NCBI GenBank assembly: GCA_963733095.1
Contig: CAVTBV010000012.1
Coordinates: 416,001-480,000, forward strand
Source: Candidatus Bathyarchaeota archaeon
Lineage (GTDB): Archaea > Thermoproteota > Bathyarchaeia > Bathyarchaeales > Bathycorpusculaceae
Length of the DNA: 64,000 bases
Reading direction: 5' to 3'
Shown: positions 58,560-64,000 of the stretch, piece by piece
Position numbering within the stretch: position 1 is the first letter of the stretch
Layout of the letters: each line of letters opens with the position of its first letter
Notes under the pieces: generated by a model
Told to the model about the DNA's origin: nothing
Database searches by the model: none
Seen by the model: the letters and a program-made list of their open reading frames with translations, nothing else
Program-made: the position numbers and the translations under genes

Positions 58560-59228
58560 TCAATGGAATAATATTGGTGAAAAGATTGTAAAGGATTGTT
58601 CTGGCAAGAAATCCAAATCTTTTTCGAGATGATAGCCCGCTTCACCCATTTCTCTCATTATCGTTTCTTTAGGAACGGAATGCCCAAAAAGCCTATGAAA
58701 ACTCAAACCTTCGCTGCCTCTATACTCGACAATCGCGATCCTCCCATCCGTTTTCAACACGGTTCCCAATCGCTTGAAATAGTCCACCCTGTTCGGAAGG
58801 TGATGGCATACATTACGCATGAACACCAAATCCACAGCCTTTTCAGGCAGAATCGGGTTGTCACGCTTGGCGAGAACAGTTTCAATGTTAGTTAATCCTT
58901 TTTCTTTCGCATTCTTCTTTACGAATTCTAAAAAGTCCAGATTCGTATCAACAGCAAATACGTGCCCTTCTAGTGCCACAGTTTCAGCAAAGCTTAAGGT
59001 GAAGTAACCTCCGCCGGATCCAATGTCAGCGACCACTTGTCCTACCTTCAGTTCTAAAGCGTGCACTATTTCATCTGGTTCGTTCTTGGGGTCAGAAGCC
59101 TTTTTGTTAAACATCTCTGCCTTATGGTTTCTTTTCGTTTTACTTTTCAATAGTTCTGAGTGTTGCTCGTTCTCTTTGAGTAAACCGAAAAAAGAAGGGA
59201 AATTAGTTGTACTCCGCTGGAGTTTCAT
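58560..59228 (-). CDS. Class I SAM-dependent methyltransferase
   Basis: VADIGSGGG, VFAVD, DLVFM..VCHH, LK.DGRIAIVE. Start could be ATG 59114. Confidence 0.85.
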   Translation of the reverse strand: MKLQRSTTNFPSFFGLLKENEQHSELLKSKTKRNHKAEMFNKKASDPKNEPDEIVHALELKVGQVVADIGSGGGYFTLSFAETVALEGHVFAVDTNLDFLEFVKKNAKEKGLTNIETVLAKRDNPILPEKAVDLVFMRNVCHHLPNRVDYFKRLGTVLKTDGRIAIVEYRGSEGLSFHRLFGHSVPKETIMREMGEAGYHLEKDLDFLPEQSFTIFSPILFH

Positions 59229-59446
59229 TGAATAGCTCCTTTCCCAGTTTTAGAGAGGGCGTATTTTTCCTGTGTTTCCTCAACGAGCCCCGCGTTCTTA
59301 AGTTCCCTCAAACCGCTTCTCACCCGAAACAAAGGTTGACCCGTTTTGTTAGAAATCCCTTCAGGAGATAACGTTCCTTCTTTTAGCGATTTCAGCACTG
59401 CCATTCCGCTTGCTGTCGGCTTTCCATCAGACGACACACAGGGCAT
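59225..59446 (-). CDS. Small winged-helix protein with an N-terminal Cys
   Basis: MPCVSSDG..T.SG...PEGIS..TGQPLFRVRSGLREL..AGLV; starts 4 nt after the prx stop. Confidence 0.75.
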   Translation of the reverse strand: MPCVSSDGKPTASGMAVLKSLKEGTLSPEGISNKTGQPLFRVRSGLRELKNAGLVEETQEKYALSKTGKGAIQ

Positions 59447-59450
59447 GCTC

Positions 59451-60110
59451 TCAACCCTCAGGGAGTTGTTTCTTGCACAGGTACCAGTCTTTGCACTCGT
59501 AGCCTTCTTTGAGCCTCTGCTCTGCATCCTCAAGGGTGGTTGGCGCTGGAACGACAACAGGATCACCTGGTTTCCAGTTTGCTGGGGTGGCTACCTTGTA
59601 CTTGTCGGTTGTCTGCAGGGCGTCTACCAACCTCAGGATTTCGTTCATGTTTCTGCCCGTAGTTAGTGGATAGTAAAGCATGGCGCGTATCTTACTTTCC
59701 GGGTCAATTATAAAGACACATCGAACTGTTTCGGTTTTGCTCTGTTCAGGATGTATCATTCCATACTTCTTGGCAACTTCCTTATTCAAATCGGCAATGA
59801 TGGGAAAAGGTATTTTGACACCCATTTTTTCCTCACAGTTTCTTATCCAAGCAATATGAGAAGAAACACTATCGACGCTTAAACCCAAGAGTTCGACATT
59901 TCGCCTCTTTAGTTCATCGTATATTTCGGAGAAAGCCATGAATTCCGTTGTGCAAACGGGTGTGAAATCTGCTGGATGAGAAAAAAGAATCAGCCACGTA
60001 CCTTTGTAGTCTGATAATCGTAATGTACCCTGAGTTGTGGGTGCTTCAAAATCTGGCGCGTTTTGACCTAATACTGGGAAACAAGTTTGCTCTGTTTGAA
60101 CTTCAGTCAT
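59451..60110 (-). CDS. Peroxiredoxin (Prx6/archaeal type)
   Basis: FSHPADFTPVCTTE, YYP..TGRN, TPANW, C-terminal CKDWYLC. Confidence 0.95.
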   Translation of the reverse strand: MTEVQTEQTCFPVLGQNAPDFEAPTTQGTLRLSDYKGTWLILFSHPADFTPVCTTEFMAFSEIYDELKRRNVELLGLSVDSVSSHIAWIRNCEEKMGVKIPFPIIADLNKEVAKKYGMIHPEQSKTETVRCVFIIDPESKIRAMLYYPLTTGRNMNEILRLVDALQTTDKYKVATPANWKPGDPVVVPAPTTLEDAEQRLKEGYECKDWYLCKKQLPEG

Positions 60111-60151
60111 TTATTTTCACCTTCAACAAACAGAATCATCAAGTGACAATA

Positions 60152-60197
60152 ACATAATAAACAAACAATACTAATACTTGTCGTTTATAAAATAAAC
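60152..60197 (-). promoter_or_regulatory. Paired operator/TATA element upstream of the peroxiredoxin unit
   Basis: - strand: GTTTATTTTATAAAC-gacaagTATTAGTAtt-GTTTGTTTATTATGT. Confidence 0.72.
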
Positions 60198-60493
60198 GAA
60201 TTATACAAATAAAACAAAGATCGCGCATCGCGAATGCTTTCAGCAAAGAGACTGGACGCATTTGAAGGTTCTCAGATAATCATTTCCTCAAACCGTGTTT
60301 TCCTACAGCAGTCTTTTTTCCGAGCGCTCGCGCCCAATATGAGTTAAATAGGGCTTTTATTGTAGCAGAATTGAATTGAACAATATTTTGTTGATATGTC
60401 TGGGAGCGTGAAAGGAGCACAATTTCATTCGTCTAAAACCCGCCTGAAAGAAAAAATTCGTTTACTCTCATTAAAAACAAAAGTATGTTAAGC

Positions 60494-60730
60494 TCATGTT
60501 TGCTCGATTTTTTGGATAACCAGTGCCTTCTCAGGACATCTTTCCACGAGCTTCTTAACGTAATTCAAGTTATCTGAAAACTCTCCCATAATCGAGCATT
60601 CCTTTGAAGACTTGTTTGAACTTGGCTTTAGCTCACGCGCCAAGAGTTGTGCATGGATTGGGCAACGACCGATCGATGTACCGCAGTCGAGGCATCTATC
60701 TTTGTTTACGATTACCCTGTACTTAGTCAT
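60494..60730 (-). CDS. Ferredoxin-like protein with degenerate Cys motifs
   Basis: VNKDRCLDCGTSIGRCP ... RCPEKAL. Confidence 0.7.
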   Translation of the reverse strand: MTKYRVIVNKDRCLDCGTSIGRCPIHAQLLARELKPSSNKSSKECSIMGEFSDNLNYVKKLVERCPEKALVIQKIEQT

Positions 60731-61055
60731 ATGGGCAACTCACCTCTTTTTATTCTATTCCAACCTGAATCTTGTTTGTTTTTTCGCCTACCCTTTGCTG
60801 TTTCGTTAAGTTCTTTAATGGTTTATTCTCTCTTTGAGCACTCGTTTTGACGCTTTGCAGCGATCTCTCTTGCAATGGTTTGCCACTCATTGATGAATCA
60901 TCCAGTTTTTATCTCTTTTTCCAAAATCTCCAAATTTTTTTCGATTAAATTGCAACGTTTGTTTAAGATTAATACCTACCGCTCGTAAGTGTCTCTGCCT
61001 CGTCTTCTTTTTAAACTCGCTTCCTGCTTTGCTTCAGTTGGAAAGCGGCAACATG

Positions 61056-61397
61056 TTATTTTGTTCCGTTAGTGTTTTGAACGTTTTTGCGTGGAGTGGA
61101 CGTAACTAAGTAAATTGGTTTTCCTTCGCTGAGAGCTTGCGCTGTCTTTCTTCTTGCACTTTGAACAAGTCTCCAAATGGTTCCTCTCGAGATGCTCATT
61201 CTTTGTCCAGCCTCTTCCTGTGACAAACCCTCCATATCCACCAGCCTGAAGGCTTCAACTTCCGCAAACTCAATGAAAACTGGTTCCAAATTCCCTGAGG
61301 GATTAGGCATAAAGCTGGTTATGGACGGAATAGTCCCTAAGGTAACTGGCTTTGGAAATCTCCCTCTTCCACCACATCGATGTCTTCCTCGCCACAT
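61056..61397 (-). CDS. DUF134 HTH DNA-binding protein
   Basis: RGRFPKP, EVEAFRLVD.EGLSQEEA...M.ISRGT.WR....AR.K.A.AL; GAGGAGGAG RBS. Confidence 0.88.
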   Translation of the reverse strand: MWRGRHRCGGRGRFPKPVTLGTIPSITSFMPNPSGNLEPVFIEFAEVEAFRLVDMEGLSQEEAGQRMSISRGTIWRLVQSARRKTAQALSEGKPIYLVTSTPRKNVQNTNGTK

Positions 61398-61438
61398 GAC
61401 AGGTTTTCTCCTCCTCAAGATTGTTTGTCTTTTGCTTA

Positions 61439-61594
61439 TTACGTTAATGGGTTCTCTGTCTCTTCGAGAACCCACTCAAATGCTTGCTTCGATGCTTTTT
61501 TAGCGATGATTTCAAACTCGGTGAATGGACCGGCGTTTAACATCTCATCTTGAAGGTGCTTTAAACATTTTCTGATTTCTTGCTCTGTTTTCAT
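61439..61594 (-). CDS. 51-aa hypothetical protein (not in the ORF track)
   Basis: MKTEQEIRKCLKHLQDEMLNAGPFTEFEIIAKKASKQAFEWVLEETENPLT, upstream of DUF134 on the same strand. Confidence 0.5.
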   Translation of the reverse strand: MKTEQEIRKCLKHLQDEMLNAGPFTEFEIIAKKASKQAFEWVLEETENPLT

Positions 61595-61734
61595 GTTTGG
61601 CACATTTCAACATTTTTTATATTCTGTTCATTTAAATCTTATGTTGAACAGAACTTTTATATATTTCCGTGCATTATCACACAATTGATTGTGTGCATAA
61701 ACACAAAAATAACCTGAAAGAGGTGAAATAAAAA

Positions 61735-62112
61735 ATGGGATATCGAAGAAGAGCATATTTTGATCAATGGCCCGGTAGAGGTCCCTTCAGCCACTTGCCC
61801 CCATGGCAAAGACCCGGACGCATGTACGGCGGCAGAGGCTATGGCAGAGGATATGGCAGAGGCTGGGGCGCTGATCCGCAAGCATGTGCAAGGTTTCCAA
61901 GTCTCCCAAGAGGGTGGTGGGCAGACCCCGCATACGCATATCAGCTTCCAACACCGAATCCACAAGATGAAATAGCAGCGCTAGAAGATTCCAAAAAGGA
62001 ACTCGGAGAAGAGAAAACCAGCATAGAGCAAGAAATCAACGACATAGAAATGCAACTAAAAACACTAAAATCAAAGCTTGACCCAGAGAAAAAACAACCT
62101 GAAGGACAGTAA
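61735..62112 (+). CDS. DUF5320-like Gly/Arg-rich protein with C-terminal coiled coil
   Basis: PGRGPFSHLPPWQRPG, GRG(Y/W) repeats, coiled coil; GAGGTGA RBS. Confidence 0.8.
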   Translation: MGYRRRAYFDQWPGRGPFSHLPPWQRPGRMYGGRGYGRGYGRGWGADPQACARFPSLPRGWWADPAYAYQLPTPNPQDEIAALEDSKKELGEEKTSIEQEINDIEMQLKTLKSKLDPEKKQPEGQ

Positions 62113-62188
62113 GTATCGTCAACTATAATTAATCGAAATACTTTCCAACATTTCAAGGCTGCGAAAAAAATAAGCGGAGACAAAGAAA

Positions 62189-62488
62189 ATGTTGTCAAAA
62201 ATTCCAATAAACTTTGAAAGAATAACGAAAGAAGACTTGGACAAAGAAATACTCAGAGTAGTAATCATAGCCGAGTTGGATGCAGTAAACCTTTACGAAC
62301 AGATGTCAGCGTTAACTGAAAATAAACACATTAAGACCGTCCTGCTGGATATAGTTGGGGAAGAAAAGACACATGTTGGAGAATTCCAAGCGCTTCTACT
62401 AGCAAATGATGAGCAGCAGGAAAAAGAATTGGCTGAAGGCAAAAAAGAAGTTGAAGAACTAACTAGTAAAATTGGTGCAAGACGGTAA
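62189..62488 (+). CDS. Short ferritin-like/rubrerythrin-type protein (EncFtn/Flp-like)
   Basis: AELDAVNLYEQ and EEKTHVGEF di-iron motifs. Confidence 0.85.
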   Translation: MLSKIPINFERITKEDLDKEILRVVIIAELDAVNLYEQMSALTENKHIKTVLLDIVGEEKTHVGEFQALLLANDEQQEKELAEGKKEVEELTSKIGARR

Positions 62489-62622
62489 TTTCAAGCAGAA
62501 TTCTCCCCTTTTTTAGATAACAATTAAGCTTCAACGCTTGAAGTTATTAGATAGTAGAGCTGCCATCTTAATAAAAATGTAAGTCTAGTTGGGCAAGTAA
62601 ATAAGCGGATATTTATGAAAAC

Positions 62623-63903
62623 TTGAGATTTTCAAAGATGAACGAAAAAAGAACACCTCTTAAAAAAGGAGAAGAAGCAGCGAGGCTTTCAACTATTATT
62701 CTTTTAGCTCTCGGTATTTTGAAAGGAATCACTTCCATTGCAAGTGGTAGCGTTGCCCTCCTGGCGGGCACAATCGATTCTTTCTCGGATGTTTTCTCAT
62801 CAATAGCGGTGTGGGCTGGACTCAACGTTGCAAAGAGAAAACCGACCGAAAGATTTCCGTACGGATACTATAAGGCAGAAACTTTTGCGTTGTTCGCCGT
62901 GTCTTTGATAATCGTGGCATCCAGCGTTTTGATCATGTTCGAGTCTTTTCAAAAGTTTTTTGAGGTCTACGTTATCTCATTTTCAGACTTAGCGCTTGCT
63001 GTATCAGCTGTATCAGCAATTGTCTATTATTTGCTTGCCAAATACAAAGCGAGGGTGGGAGGTCAAGTTGGTTCGCAAGCTTTGATCAGCGAAGGCTTGC
63101 ATTCTATGATAGATGTTTATACTTCTCTGTTGGTTTTTGTCGGGGTTTTTCTGGCAGTGTTAGGGTATCCCGCCGGTGAAGCCCTAATTGGCTTCGTAAT
63201 TGGTTTGTATGTAATGATAAGAGGATTATTATATGGAAAAGATGCAGCACTGGTTTTGATGGATGTTTCACCTAGTCCGCAAAGAGTTAAGGAAATGAAG
63301 GAAATAGCAGAGGCTGTTAATGGAGTTAGAGGAACCCATGATGTCAGGTTGCGAAAATCCGGACCAGTTTTCTTTGGTGAGATGCACGTGGAGTTGAAGG
63401 AGGGGCTTTCTCTGGAAAAAGCTCACGTTATATCGGAGGAAGTAGAAACCAGAATTAAGGAACGTTTCAAAGACTTGGAATTGATCACTGTTCATGTGGG
63501 GCTCGCGCATAGGAAAAAAACAAGGATTGCTATTCCTATAGTTGAAAACAAGGGCTTAGAATCATCAGTTAGTCTTCATTTTGGAAGTGCACCTTATTTT
63601 GCCTTTATAGATGTTGAAGAAGGGCAAATAGTGGGTTCCTATGTTAAGGCGAATGAGGGAGCAAAATTGTCTCACAAGAAGGGTATACAAGCTGCTAACC
63701 TCTTGATTGAAGAAAATGTTACTGCTGTGCTAGCGGGAGGTATCGGAGAAGGCCCATTCCACATACTAGGAGACAACTTAATACAGATTTATTCTATCTC
63801 CAAATCTGTAAAAATAATAGAAACGGTTAACCTCCTAAATACAGCCTTGTTAAAAAGAATGACTTCACCGACTGAAGAGCATGGCGAGGATAAAATTGAA
63901 TGA
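62623..63903 (+). CDS. Cation diffusion facilitator fused to a C-terminal NifB/NifX domain
   Basis: Six TM segments, DSFSD, FPYGYYKAE, HSMID, dimerisation domain, then HFGSAPYF...GIGEGP. Confidence 0.9.
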   Translation: MRFSKMNEKRTPLKKGEEAARLSTIILLALGILKGITSIASGSVALLAGTIDSFSDVFSSIAVWAGLNVAKRKPTERFPYGYYKAETFALFAVSLIIVASSVLIMFESFQKFFEVYVISFSDLALAVSAVSAIVYYLLAKYKARVGGQVGSQALISEGLHSMIDVYTSLLVFVGVFLAVLGYPAGEALIGFVIGLYVMIRGLLYGKDAALVLMDVSPSPQRVKEMKEIAEAVNGVRGTHDVRLRKSGPVFFGEMHVELKEGLSLEKAHVISEEVETRIKERFKDLELITVHVGLAHRKKTRIAIPIVENKGLESSVSLHFGSAPYFAFIDVEEGQIVGSYVKANEGAKLSHKKGIQAANLLIEENVTAVLAGGIGEGPFHILGDNLIQIYSISKSVKIIETVNLLNTALLKRMTSPTEEHGEDKIE

Positions 63904-64000
63904 CTCATCAATTCCTTTTTATCCCAAAGAAAGAAACAATTAATATTACTCTTCCTCAAATTGGCTGTTACTTTTTTCAATATCTGGTTTATGCAACCTA

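Noticed and set aside
60740-61050. Possible degraded gene between the ferredoxin-like gene and DUF134
   Set aside because: Coding-like composition on the - strand, but multiple stops and no recognisable family.
61829-61868. GGCAGAGG(C/A)T(A/G) tandem repeat as a CRISPR or VNTR
   Set aside because: It is a 12-bp-period coding repeat (GRGY/GRGW) with no spacers. No CRISPR array was seen anywhere in the window.
62189-62488. Encapsulin nanocompartment system
   Set aside because: A ferritin-like cargo-type gene is present, but there is no encapsulin shell gene in the window and the C-terminus only vaguely resembles a targeting peptide.
1-64000. Many antisense or alternate-frame ORFs in the six-frame track (e.g. 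35502-35879, 43241-43780, 54821-55366)
   Set aside because: They are shadows of well-supported genes and have no motifs of their own.

Overview
Archaeal chromosomal segment. The gene content (Hel308, archaeal ACDS/Wood-Ljungdahl operon, H4MPT C1 enzymes, a BHB-intron tRNA, DUF5752, a soluble multi-PAS kinase, many TTG/GTG starts) is most consistent with Bathyarchaeia; this is an inference, as the window has no marker rRNA. Left to right: purB (5'-truncated), hel308, an iscS-iscU-sufS cluster, a glycosylation cluster, a PAS kinase, NAD(P)-type mtd, tRNA-Gly(CCC) with a non-canonical intron, a TIR-domain gene, convergent purMSLQ and purF-purD-HAD-ftr-like-pfkB operons, cooC-cdhABCDE, and a partly decaying metal/Fe-S/redox accessory region (about 42.5-64 kb). 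Best candidate for an undescribed system: a HAD hydrolase / divergent Ftr / PfkB kinase trio (EhaR/EhaS/EhaT-like) translationally coupled behind purF-purD, exactly where the GAR formyltransferase step belongs. It may be an H4MPT/methanofuran-dependent replacement for PurN/PurT. Second: a four-promoter regulon with paired GTTTA-N5-TAAAC sites bracketing the TATA box, probably read by a Cys-rich Lrp regulator. All family assignments come from motif recognition by eye; no database searches were run.
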